Part shown: piece by piece, positions 38,350 to 54,429 of the stretch
Numbering within the stretch: the stretch's first letter is position 1
Layout: the number at the start of each line of letters is the position of its first letter
Origin: Octopus vulgaris
Taxonomy: Eukaryota
Assembly (NCBI GenBank): GCA_951406725.2
Contig: OX597831.1
Coordinates: 19,902,001-19,966,000 of the forward strand
Reading direction: 5' to 3'
DNA length: 64,000 nt
Made by a program: the position numbers and the translations under genes
The notes under the pieces: model-generated
Seen by the model: the letters and a program-made list of their open reading frames with translations, nothing else
Told to the model about the DNA's origin: nothing
Database searches by the model: none

Positions 38350-38555
38350 TCTTTTCTACTCTAGGCGTAAGGCCCAACATTTTTGGGGAGGGAGCCAGTC
38401 AATTAGATCGACCCCAGTACGCAAATGGTGCTTAATTTATTGACCCTGAAAGGATGAAAGGCGAAGTCGACCCCGGCGGAACATGAGCTCAGAATATAAA
38501 GACAGACGAAAAGCTGCTAAGCATTTCTCCCGGCGTGCTAGCATTTCTGCCATCT
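38350..38555 (-). mobile_element. SINE (family also at 42016-42220, 57010-57165, 59555-59765)
   Basis: shared core ATCGACCCC...GAAAGGATGAAAGGC.AAGTCGACC...GGAATTTGAACTCAG. Confidence 0.8.
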
Positions 38556-38996
38556 CCTATGAATTCCTATGACAGTGCTCTGCTTATCCATTAGCTTCTT
38601 AATTTTATTTTTTATATTTCTTAGCAATATTTTTATACTAAAACTTTTCCGCTCCTTGCTGGTAGGACCGAAATAGGTTTATACAATGTATAAATCCTAA
38701 AGACTAATTCATTATCTGAAGATCTGACATTGTAATATGCTTATAAGGTTTTCCTTCCACAGCGGATATGTTTTTCATTAATAACAAAACATAATCCTCC
38801 GGATGACGTAAGAAAATAATTAAGGAACAATTTCGCCTTGTTTGTTTTGTTTTACTGCAGGAATCTCTGAACTTTCTAAACATGGAGACTAAGGAAAGGA
38901 AACTTGAGCTACAATATGAGTCTTCATCGCAGTTTTCTCATTGGATGCATTGAAATGAACGTGAAACTTTACATACTGATTTCACTTAAATCGCAC

Positions 38997-39045
<49 letters not shown>

Positions 39046-39051
39046 GCGCAT

Positions 39052-39125
<74 letters not shown>

Positions 39126-39227
39126 GCATACACACTCCTACGAACATTTATCATATATGTGTATGTAAATATCTATATATGTGTTATATGTATGTTTGTG
39201 TATGTGTCTATATGTGTATAAGTAATT

Positions 39228-40451
39228 TAGGGTGAAGCGAAAAATATAACTTTCGAAATTTGTTACCAAAAATCGATATTTTGTTGAGAATTAGGGTTAA
39301 AAGAAAGGTGTATAAAGAATTTTGTGGTTAAATATTTTTTCAGGCTCCGTAACGCAATTAAAATTATTAAACATCGCCATTTTTGGTCGAACTTTGGATT
39401 TCATGGGTTATAAAGTCATAACAAATATTGTTTCTACACAGCAGAAGGCAAAACAGTAAATATAATATACTTAAAAGGTTGCATACCAAGATTCAATATG
39501 ATTTACTAATATTTTGAGGTTCCGCATTGACGATAAATAGTACGGGAGTGTGATGACTCATAAGTCAATAAAGCGCCATGACAATGAATGCCCAATATTT
39601 TGTACTCCGTGTGATCTTAGCGAGTGAGTTTTGCCAACTTACAAGGACGTACTAAAATGTGTTTTATTTGAACCAGAAAAAGAAAAGAATGTTATTAAGA
39701 AAGATCCTTCAATTAAACTAATTATCGAGATTGTAACAGAAAAGATAGTTCTTGCGTTATGATTGAGTCGGTTAAACCGAAAATCTTAAACTTTTATCTA
39801 AGGTACCAAGCATTACAAAAATCTGTGAAAAATAGTAAAAATATGCCATCGTTTCAAACAGAAGGCAATGTGTTTAAAAACAATGCAACAAAAGATTTAT
39901 TTGACATTTGCTGCTCCAAGCGCATCTCCTTTAAAAACTGCAGTTGTAGTTGTGACAAAATGTACCACAGAGTGAACAATATTTTTTACAGGATCAACGT
40001 GTCAAGAATCAAAAATTGGTTTACACGTAATTTTATTTTAATGTGTGTGTAATCTAGATCTCATCTAACACATATTTTCGATGACCTGGTGTTACGAATA
40101 ATAGAGAAAACAAAAGTCGAAAAGTCTATTTATTTCACATAATTTCAAAATTTCAAGTGCGTTGCGTAACTTGAAGATATAAATATTAGAGCTTGAACAT
40201 TTAATACTCTTGTTTCTAAAGGATGTTATAAAGAAAAAGGGGTTCGTTATAATGAATGTGAAAAATAAAATGAAGTACAACAAACGTGTTATAAATTGAA
40301 TTTTCGCTCATTATTCAAAATTTCAAGTGAGCGGAGCCTAAAAATGTAAATTAAGGAACTTCAGATTTTAACAGTTGTTTTTAAAGAATTTCGCAATAAA
40401 ACATATATTTCTGGCAACATATTTCAAAAGTACCTTTTTCACTCCACCCTA
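39228..40451. mobile_element. DNA transposon derivative with long imperfect TIRs, superfamily unassigned
   Basis: TAGGGTGAAGCGAAAAA... / ...TTTTTCACTCCACCCTA; internal degenerate coding remnants (LPTYKDVLKC, LFDICCSK). Confidence 0.7.
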
Positions 40452-40501
40452 ACGTACATATATACATATATATATATATATATTGTCTTTTCTTCTTCCA
40501 G

Positions 40502-40621
40502 CTAATCGCAGTATTTGAAATCTGTCACCGATATACATCTACGCACCCACCATTGACTGATGGAAGTATACAGCATGCTCTTAAATACATTCGTGATACT
40601 TTCACTTCAGGTGGTAAATGG
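40502..40621 (+). CDS. BCL-2-family gene exon: core helices 5-6 and BH2
   Basis: TCTTTTCTTCTTCCAG|LIAVFEICHRYTSTHPPLTDGSIQHALKYIRDTFTSGGKW|GTAGGT; phase 0/0; intron directly after the BH2 Trp, as conserved in BCL-2-family genes. Confidence 0.82.
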
Positions 40622-43600
40622 GTAGGTTTTGAATTCCTTTCTTAATATTTTTTGCTATACAATATTTTCGTAAAATTTAGATTATTTTCGAGATACCTTT
40701 GTAATAATTTTCTGAAGTATTTCCATTTTGTTTTTTCACATTTCAAGCTATTCTATTCTGTTGACTCCATTGTGTTCCTGTGTTCCTTTTTGAAGACTGT
40801 TTCTTTTAGAGATCTCTGTGTAGATCCATTTCTTGACCATTCCATAGTGTTATTTTGGTCTATCGTTGCTGGTTTGCCCTGATTTTCTTCCTATTTTTGC
40901 CCTTTTTTGCTATAACTTCTGTAATATTGCTGTAGATTTCGTTATATTTTCACTTATAGATTGTAATGTGTCATTTTTCTTCACGCTTTTCATATTATTA
41001 TCTGACATTTTGTGTTCAATTTATAGATAAGGTAACAATTTCTTGTATACTCATTTGCATCATTCTTCTTTAGATTCCCCGTTGTAATTATAGATGTTTT
41101 CTTAACATTTTTGTAGTCTTTTTGTACACTATTCCATTTAGTATACAGATTTTAGTTTCCTCTTAGGCGACTTTACAATTTTATTAAGGTTGTTGTTCAG
41201 CTGGATCAAGGACGGATGAATCAAAATGTAATCTATATCTGCTCTTGACTACGTAGGCATCTAAAACAATTTGCTGTAGCGTGATATATGCTACCAGATC
41301 ATACTTGCTCGCAACAGATGTTTAAGCTTTTTGCGTGTAAAGAGAATATCTTAGAGTTGTTAGATAACAAAAATTGTGAACAAAATTTTGTTAATTAGAG
41401 CCATGATAGGCTGACGGCTGATCATTTTACTCACTTCACCACACAACCCCTGCTAATCTTTCTATCTCTAATTACTGAATCAAAACCACTTTTTTATAGC
41501 GTTATTCTCAATACAGCAAGGTGTTCCGCTTGGATCCGATATCAAAAACCTTGAATAAAAATATAAAATTGATGAAGTTATAATGAAAACATGTAAATAG
41601 ATTTAAGCAATTAATTTAAGTGAGAAGATCGAGGGAGAAGATCAAGTAGTGCAATGGTAACACTGTCATCTTACAACAAGAGATATGGTCAAGATCATTT
41701 TGGTGGTATGGCCCCTTTTTCTGCCGCAAAGCAAGCGCTGAGATTGATGTAACTGACTACCCCCCCCTCCACAAAAGCCTCAAACTCTGTGCCTTTAGTA
41801 GAAAGCATTATTTTCAGTTGCAATATTAACTGCTGTCTCTCAGCAGTAACACAAAATTAAAGTCGCTAATGTTAAGAGTTACCAATCTATATTTAAAATG
41901 TGCAAACGAACCATATTTCTACACATTCGTCTGTTGTTGATCTTTTTTTTCATTAATTTTCAATAAAAATTCACATCCACTGAACAGCTAACCTCAACAA
42001 CAACCACGATACATATTCTTTTCTACTCTAGGCACAAAGTCCGAATTTTGGGAGAGGGAGCCAATCGATTAGATCGATCCCAGTTCGCAACTGGTACTTA
42101 ATTTATCGACCCCGAAAAGCAAAGTCGACCTCGGCGGAATTTGAACTCAGAACGTTAAGACAGATGATATAGCGCTAACCATTTCCCCCGGCGTGCTAAC
42201 GTTTCTGCCAGCTCGCCTTCTTACAACCACAATATATTTTGTTCCTTTTACGACCCCAAAGTACTTTGTTTGAATTAGTTGATGGCCACTTTTGCACTAA
42301 TATCCTTTTTGATTGGATTTCATTAATTTATTCGACAGCCTTTATATATTTTGTTGAATGGCTGTTCTTAGTACGTTTGGTGTCGTATATTGTTTATTGT
42401 TTTAGCAACAATATCCTGTCACATCAGAACGTAGTGTCCCAAAATATTTTCGTAAGTACTAATTAAATATCTAATTTCTTCCACAGATATATGGCATAAT
42501 CGATATTCTCAATTTCATCTTGGAACATTATGGACATTACATATATTTCTGTTGACATTAGCATCGCTCACAAGGTTTCATCTGCCGAAATCATGCATGA
42601 TATTCATGTGTGAAATATTTCTTACCAGAGTTTCTTATGCTCATCCAGCAGTTCTGGGATAACCACACGGAACTTTATGGGAACTGGGTAATCCTTGAGA
42701 GTAAACAGCTGACTCTGATATTTCAGCTGTTGTTCTCTCATTTGAACACTTAAATGAGTTAATTGTTCTAACCTTTGGTGTAAAGGTTAATAATTCAGGA
42801 AAGAATAGACAAAATATTTGTGTAGTCTGTTTTTCATCGGGTGATCCCAGCTATCTTCACAATATATAGTGGGATCAAATATTTGAATTTGAAATGAAGG
42901 AAATGTGTAGTAAAAGGCGTGTATAATTCAGATATTTTACTTTTATTTCTTATTTTGTTTACTTATTACGAAGTACTAAAACTTTTTGGTCGATGGCAAT
43001 TACGTATAGGGCTATTTCATTCTTATTAGAAACTGTCAGCATGATTTAACATGTGACTTATTATAAACATTTTATGGAGCGAGATATCTCGTTAAAGATG
43101 GACATATTTACAATCAGGAGCAAATACATGGAATGTACGTTTTAAAATCATATTTGTGTAAAACAATCTTAAGAGTAATAACCTTTTTTTTTTATTCTCA
43201 TGCACTAGAATGGATTTTTCTAAACTCTTAAATTATATTTTGAAAAATCTGTGACGCAATTAGGTAGCATTGCGACGAACATAGATACTTCTTTGGCGAT
43301 TCAGTGTAGGGTAGCGCACTATTTACGTTCGTCTGATCTAGATCACTGTCACATGTATGCAAACATTTATTTACTCTCCAACACATATAATCACTGAGAT
43401 TGATATTATTTCTGGAGATATCAACAATAATAGATTGCACGAGAGAGATCGCCATGTTTCTGCCTTTAAAAAAATTTGTCTGATGACAGTTTCGGAAAAT
43501 TAGAAGAAAATTTTCCCAATTTTCGACTGTAAACTTTTTAAATTTGTATTTATTCTACAGTCATGTCAATCAGTTTCTTTTTAATGCAGAAACATAAGTA

Positions 43601-44386
43601 TTGGGTGATAGTGATGACTGTGACGATAAAGTCGATAATTTAATTACATTTTAGTAATTCTCTTCTACGGCACATTTTGACTTACGTATGCTGCTAAGGA
43701 AATGAACTGACAATCGAACAGCTTGGATAACAACTTCTATCTATTTCTGGAATTTTTGAGACAAAGAAATTTGGATGAATATTACTGGTCGAATAGTCAA
43801 GAAGGCCACTTCGCTGTCAAGAGGTCTTACGCTCAATCCGGGTCAATCACAGTCTCTGGTGATTGCATAACTTCTTGGACGAATATACTGGATCATAGTA
43901 TCCAACGAAGGAATAACTGGCCATGGGGGTTATTATTGCAGTGAAGATATAGTATATAGAGAGAGATAAATAGACAGAATGAGGGAGAGAGAGAGAAAGA
44001 AAAAGATACAGAAATGGAGAGAGATAAATAGAGAGACGTTATATAATTAATTGGAAAGTAGTTTAAGAATGAGTAAAGGACTATTATAAGGTTTACTGCC
44101 TTTTTTAATTTACTGCCCAGAATTTGAGCAAATACATTTGAAGTATTGTGTCGGATGTGTGACCAATACTCCTGCACAGGAATGGGATACAAATACAACA
44201 GATATAGGCTCTGTCTGCAGTTTGCTCTAAGTGTTTCCCTTTTCTGCAACATTGTGTGTCTCTCCGACATATTTAGTAACCTGTTATTGCTATAAATATT
44301 AACATTGACGTCAAGTTTCTGGTTAACATAGCCATGCTTAATATATAATTTACATACAAATACCACATTTTCTTTTACTCTTTCAG

Positions 44387-44404
44387 AAACCAGAAAGAAA
44401 TTAA
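44387..44404 (+). CDS. probable last coding exon (KPERN*)
   Basis: strong acceptor TTTTCTTTTACTCTTTCAG|; phase 0; competing acceptors exist at 42486, 43560 and 45520. Confidence 0.5.
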   Translation, partial: KPERN

Positions 44405-46059
44405 GTAAATACTACAAACTTCGATGATGAGGCAGACAACCTAACTGAAAAAGTGAATGAAGAAAATTTTAGAGAAGAAAACCAAGGAGATGGCCCCTTA
44501 CTGACTATTGCTGAGAACAATGATAACTACGACCCACAAGGATTTGCCTCCTTCAAATGGTTGTGACAAGTTCTTTTTCTTACAAAGGAACTCAGACAAA
44601 GGACGTCCAATAAGCCTGATCGTTCATAGTAACAGGCAGATTTTCCAACGTTATACCAGTTATATTGCGCTGGTTGGTCGATGTAGGTTAAATGAGGGTT
44701 TTTTGTCATGAGTAGTCTTCCATAACAACAACTTATGAACCACCTGTGATAAGACAAAAGGGTCAAAGGTCGTTCCTGAGACAGAAGATTAGAAAACCGG
44801 TTTCCGGATTCTTTGGCGTAAATATTCCCCACCCCACCTTCTCCACTTCCTGGACGAGAGTCAGGTCCATTGCAAATTGCTCATTTTTGCCAGCCCAAGT
44901 GGACTGGAACAACGTGAAATGAAGTGTCTAACTCAAGAATACAATGCATCGCCCAGCCCAGGAATCGAAACCGCAGTCATACAATCATGTGTCCAACACC
45001 CTAACCACAATGCACCTCCACAGTGATAATAATAAAAAGGAAAAAAACATTTCCACTTTTGTGCTGGGTGTAGAGTCGACTTTTTCTCTGGGGTCCTTCA
45101 CTATAAAAACTATTAGTGGGTCCTTAATTCATTTAAAGTAACGTTTAAAATATTTGGTGAGGTTACTTTATACAGGGACACCATCTCATTGGATTAACCA
45201 TAGTTAAGTTAGCATTCGTGTATTTGATATAATGAGTATCAAAATTTTAATTAGAAATGATTATGTGGAGAGGGAAGAAACAACATAAACCCACAACCTT
45301 CTATTTGTATTTACTGATAATCTCGTTACTACTACATGTACAGTGTAATATATTCTTGGCTGGAGAGGGCTGATAACACCGAAACATACTGGTAGTAGTC
45401 TCCTGTAGATGGCAAAAGGATGAACATAATACTACGTAATGAAATAATGTCCTTACTCAACCATATAAAAACTTTTTCATTAGATTTCTGATACTCTATT
45501 AACAATTCTTTTCCCATGCAGATGACGTGTTTAAAAAAATTAACGTTTCTGATTTCATTTCTTTAAATAAGGTAAATTTCCATATTTTCACAAATATATA
45601 TATTCTTCGTGATTCTAGTATCATTATTTCTATAAGAATGTCGTTTAAATTTGACGATGTAACACCAGTCCAGAGTTGCCTTCCTTGTCTACAAAAACTT
45701 ACTAACGACAAATTTTATCCAGAATTTTTTTTTTTTTGTAAGTAATCAATGAAAGCGTTATAATAATTATAAATAATTATATTTTAACAATTATAGATAA
45801 TTGTAAATAATTATATAATAAGTATAAATAAAAATAGTTTTGATTCCAACTGTATTATTTAAAATCTTCATTTGACAGAAGTATTACTTGAAATATCCAT
45901 TTGACGCAAATAAACCCTTATCACTGCCAAATCTTAAATCTCTATCTCTCATATATTTAGAATGGGTAATTACGGAGAGAGAAAATTAAGAAAGAGATTG
46001 AAAGAAAAGTAGATAAAAATACATAAATACGTGTGTGTGCGTGTTTGCATGATATATAT

Positions 46060-49235
<3,176 letters not shown>

Positions 49236-49343
49236 TGTGTGTATGTGTGTGTGCGTGTGTGTATGTGCGTGTGTGTGTGTGTGTGTGCGTGTGTGTTTAT
49301 ATATATATATATATATATATATACACTGATAAACTTTTTTTGT

Positions 49344-49437
<94 letters not shown>

Positions 49438-49439
49438 GT

Positions 49440-49847
49440 TTATATATTTGTTGTGCAAGATTTTTTATGTGGAACAGATGTTGTTATATTTCGGAATGGT
49501 CATTTTGCCAGTTTAGCCAATAAAAACACACGCACTATATATTTGGTGTTATTTTGCTTCAGTGTTATCTATTTTTTATATTAATCTTAATCTTATTTCG
49601 GCCAGAGTTCTTTCGTCACACTCCTGTGACCGCATCAGTGGTCCTTTGTTTTCTTCTTTCTTATTTGCGTCTCTCCTTACCAACAGTCAGCCATTTTGTA
49701 TTTCTATTGTATGTCTTCATTTGCGCATGCTTATATCTCTATGTACGTCTATGTTTATTTAGTGTGTGTGCCTGAGCAAAATAACAACAAATATATAGTG
49801 CGTGTGTTTTTATTGGCTAAACTGGCAAAATGACCATTCCTATATAT

Positions 49848-49852
<5 letters not shown>
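49440..49852 (-). mobile_element. PLE-type short repeat with ~80-bp inverted arms and variant hammerhead (49600-49644)
   Basis: arms 49481-49562 / 49772-49852; minus strand CCA-CTGATGCG-GTCACA ggag TGTGAC-GAAA-GAAC-TC-TGG. Confidence 0.6.
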
Positions 49853-49888
<36 letters not shown>

Positions 49889-49891
<3 letters not shown>

Positions 49892-50640
49892 TAGCAGCTA
49901 AGCCCGGTTTCACCCGGTCTGTTTGGATGATGTGGCTGTCATCGTTTCCGGTCAGGCATAATCTATAACAGTGTTTCTCAGCCTTATCATTTCGGGTTTC
50001 CTGTTTCGATTGGAGCCTCCAGCTGTATGAAAATTTCCTGACCCTCCTCCCCCTATCAGAAAACATCTTCAGGAGTTGTGAAAAAGTAATTTGTACGTAG
50101 TCTGTTTCTGAGAGCTATTGTATTGGACCTCTATCTAATCATTAAAACATTGATTTAATTATGAACATAGAAATAAATTCTACATTAGTACCTATTTTTG
50201 TAAGCAGTTATATCCATAAAAATTTTATTTGCAGAGAGCAGAAATTGAAAGAAGATATATGAAATGGACGTATGTGTATGTGTGTGTTGTGTGTCTGTTT
50301 TTGTGTGCATGTGTGCGTGTATGTGTTTACAATAGTTGATTTATGGAAAAGATTATGTAAAATTTTTGAAATGCAAATATGTGAATGAAAATTAAGTTCA
50401 GACCTCTACATTGTAGCTAGACCTGATAGAAATAGCAAAATGGTATATGCCGGCTGTGTGAGCAACTGGTTGTTTTAATGGCGGAACAAACAGGGGAATT
50501 CTATTTGAAAAAGTTTTAATCGATTTTCTCAATAAGTATGGGGGCTAGGAAAATAATACAAACCGCATTCCAATCTATGCACCCATCCTCACATGTGTGC
50601 CATTTTTTCACGCGACAAGAAAGAATACAATGATCGCCCA
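49889..50640. mobile_element. non-autonomous Helitron/Helentron-like repeat (tentative; similar element at 53030-54005)
   Basis: ACTAGC...CCCGG...CCGG terminus next to (TA)n, internal microsatellite, no ORF. Confidence 0.35.
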
Positions 50641-50771
50641 TGTCCAATTTATATTATATTATTTATATATATACATATATATATATGTATATGTATATAC
50701 ATATATATATGTATATACATATATATGTATATGTATATACATATATATGTATATGTATATACATATATATG

Positions 50772-50802
<31 letters not shown>

Positions 50803-51021
50803 GTATATATATGTATATATATATATATATGTATATATATGTATATGTATATATATTCTGAGCTGAAACTTAAAAAAGGAAAATACATATATATATATAT
50901 ATGTATATACATATACATACATATATATATACATATATACATATATATATATATAGATAGATAGATAGATAGATATACATATACATATATATGTATATAT
51001 CTATCTATATATATATATGTA

Positions 51022-51094
<73 letters not shown>

Positions 51095-51120
51095 ATGTAT
51101 ATACATATATATATATATGT

Positions 51121-52572
51121 ATTTTCCCTTTTTTAAGTTTCAGCTCAGAGCTGCGGCCATGCTGATGTACCGCCGTTTTGCGCTACACCTTTAATATTAG
51201 GAGCCTCCTCTAATATGTGGCACTTGGTGAAGAATGGAGTTTGATATAGCTACCCTTATTTGCACCTCTTGCCATGAGGTAAGCTCATCTGGGACTCTCG
51301 ACAGGAAGATGTCCAGCTTTGATTTAAAAACCCCTACATATACTTTGTGCAAATTCCTCAGACTTTTTGGGAGAATATTAAAAAATTGTGGGTCCATGAA
51401 AACCCAGGCTGTTGCAGTAACTGGTCCTGAAGCGTGATGACATTGCTAGGATCTTTGGCACTATGCAGTGTCGTCCCGTTCTAGCATTGGTGTAGCTTTC
51501 AATGCCAAAATTTGGCACAATTCCTTCCAGGACCTTCCAGGACCTTCCAGACATATATTACTGCATACCTCTCCCGTCTTCTCTCCAGGGAGTTGAGTCT
51601 TAGCTGTTTCAACCTTTCCCAGTACCTGAGCTGCTGCAAAGAGACGATCTTCTTTGTGAATCTTCTCTGGATTGCTTCAAGGTCCGCTGTTAATCTCACA
51701 GTGGTGGGTGACCATAGCTGTGAGTAGTAACACAGGCGGCTGAGGACGAATGTCCGCCAGAGGACCATCATGGTTTCCTTATCTCTGGCTCTGAATATTC
51801 TGAGGATCCATCCCGCCATCCGTCTGCACTTTGCCGCCATCCTGGTAATGTGCACTTGGAAAGAGGTATCATCACTCATGTCGATACCCAGGTCCTTCAC
51901 AGACTTAGGCTCTGGGATTGAAATTCCCTGTGGACCGGTGTACCCTGTAGGTTTAATATTCAGTTTTGGATGCTTGTAGTGCAGGGCCGTGAATTTTTCA
52001 GCATTAAACTGCATATTATAATCCTCAGCCCATCTGTAGATTGAGTCCAACTCCTGCTGCAGGTGTGCAACATCGCTGGGGTTCTGTATCTTCTGTGAGA
52101 CTTTCGTATCATCTGCATAGCTTGCCAGAGTGGTTATCCGGGCATTTGAGGGCATATCTGAGAGGGCCACTATAAAAAGCAGTGGTCCCAAGACAGTGCC
52201 CTGCGGAACACCACTCACTATTTGTGTGCTCATAGAGGTGGCTCTATTAGCCACTACTACCTGACTCCTATCTTTCAGGAAGTCATGTAACCACACTCCA
52301 ATTTTTCCAGCTATGCCGAGGTCACTCAGTTTGTGTCGTATCATACCATGATCCACCTTGTCAAAAGCTGTTTCAAAATCAAGGTATATTACATCCACAT
52401 TTGATTTGTTGAGTAACTGCCTCAACACCCAGTCATAATGTTGTAAGAGCTGTGTCAGACTGCTCCTACCTGGTCGAAAGTCATGTTGGGTGTCACTTAG
52501 CAAGTTATTTTCCTCAAGGAATGCGATTTGTTTCTTTCTGACTATCCGTTCCATGACTTTGCTGATGTGCAC
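51121..52572 (-). mobile_element. CR1/L2-group LINE family B, RT and 3' end
   Basis: ORF 51499-52683: YLDFETAFDKV, GVPQG, YADD; 3' end matches 10372-10800. Confidence 0.92.
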
Positions 52573-52592
52573 ACATATATATATGTATATAG

Positions 52593-52645
<53 letters not shown>

Positions 52646-52735
52646 AAATAGAAAGATGAATAATCTTGTAGTAGATTAATCAAAAGTTTAACGATTTCTG
52701 TTCAATCTGCGTTCAGCTCCATTTCTTCAATTCAC

Positions 52736-52765
<30 letters not shown>

Positions 52766-52766
<1 letters not shown>

Positions 52767-52988
52767 TTATTTTATAGAAGGAGCTTCTACAGGACTAGAA
52801 CTGTTTCATTCAAATGAAATCATCAGGAAGCTTGGCGTCAAGATTCTTGACGCCAAGCTTCCTGATGATTTCATTTGAATTAAACAGTTCTAGTCCTGTA
52901 GAAGCTCTTTCTATAAAATAAATTAATTTACTCTGCCATGTATTGAGTACCTTATTTACTGTGGTTAACCCCGACTCAACCCGCGACC

Positions 52989-52990
<2 letters not shown>
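52766..52990. repeat. 157-bp palindrome (52766-52922) with paired hammerhead motifs, PLE pLTR-like
   Basis: ~78-bp arms around 52844 with 2 mismatches, unique tail, flanked by (TA)n. Confidence 0.85.
52782..52832 (-). ncRNA. type I hammerhead ribozyme
   Basis: AGCTTC-CTGATGA-t TTCA tt TGAA t-GAA-ACAG ttctagtc CTGT-A-GAAGCT; mirror copy at 52856-52906 has TAAA in place of GAAA. Confidence 0.72.
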
Positions 52991-53035
<45 letters not shown>

Positions 53036-54214
53036 CAGTTTGTCTGTCTGTGTGTCTATCAGGTTGTACCCTCACCCTGACCACGGCTTTCAACCGATTC
53101 TGATGAAACTTGATACACACATACTCCAATGTCATAATTCAAAACTAACGTAGAGAAAATTTTGAAAAGTTCCCCCAGTTCTTAAAAAGACCGATAAATT
53201 CGAGATGGGGTCGAGAATCTAAGCTTTTCATATGCAACACATTTTCTGTTGTAGTTTTCACAACTTGCAATCGATCTTCACCAAACTCATGGTGAAGCTT
53301 AATGTTACCCTGAGAAACTCAATTCTGACGTTAGTTTTCCATGCAATACCTTACCATCAGAAAAAATCGATAAAATCATGCCATTTTGGGAAATTGCGTT
53401 CAAATTCAAGATGACATATTTTCAACAATATCTTTAACAAATTGGCAGAAATTTTTTTTTAAATTCACAGCGAGCATCATGTCAACTCCAAGGAGCTATA
53501 TGGCCCTTTTTATTCCAATAGGATACTTTATTACTGGAAAAAAATCGGTTAATTAAATCATATGTGGCACACATAGCAAACCGATTTGTGTGTTAAATAC
53601 AAACCACAGACTGTCTAGGGGACGCAACTCGAACTTCTTTAACTCTCTTACTCCCCCAAATAACTATCAAACAGCTATCGATATTCCAACCCCCAGGAGG
53701 AAATCTAGACTTAATCTTCAAGGTATCCCACATACAAACCAAAGATTACATCGAAACCTCCAGACTAACCTAAGTTTTGGTGAACCAATTCCTACCAGGA
53801 AGAAATTACATTCGAGACTTTACCCACAACACCGCCACTTCAAGCAGTCAACGAGACAAAACATGAGCAGACAACATAACCTTGGCATAGGAACGTCGTA
53901 TACACAAAAGTATTTGAGTGAAGAGAAGACATTGCAGCCTACGCATGCGCCTTCGTTCCCTAGAGGGAAAGGACTAGATCGGGATTAGTCGTTGCCTACT
54001 AGGGGCTCTTAAATACCTGGGCTACTACACATATTTTTTCCCTCCTTGTTTTTTTTCTGTGTATCTTTCTGTAGAAGTGCGTAGGCTCCAAACGTGAAAG
54101 ACTTTTTCTATTCCTGAGCGCTATACTAATACATCTGTTTGTTTGTACACCACCTGCCTTCGTCTTTTGTTTATTTTCGTAAACTTTGCCTTTATATATA
54201 TATATATATATATA

Positions 54215-54270
<56 letters not shown>

Positions 54271-54373
54271 AACGTTAAACCCTCCTTTCCTTCTTTCCTG
54301 AGCGTCCAATAATACTATATTTATTCCACGTCCTCGCGTTGTTGTGTTTTTTTGTGGTTTCTTGTTTGGATTA

Positions 54374-54421
<48 letters not shown>

Positions 54422-54429
54422 TACAAATT

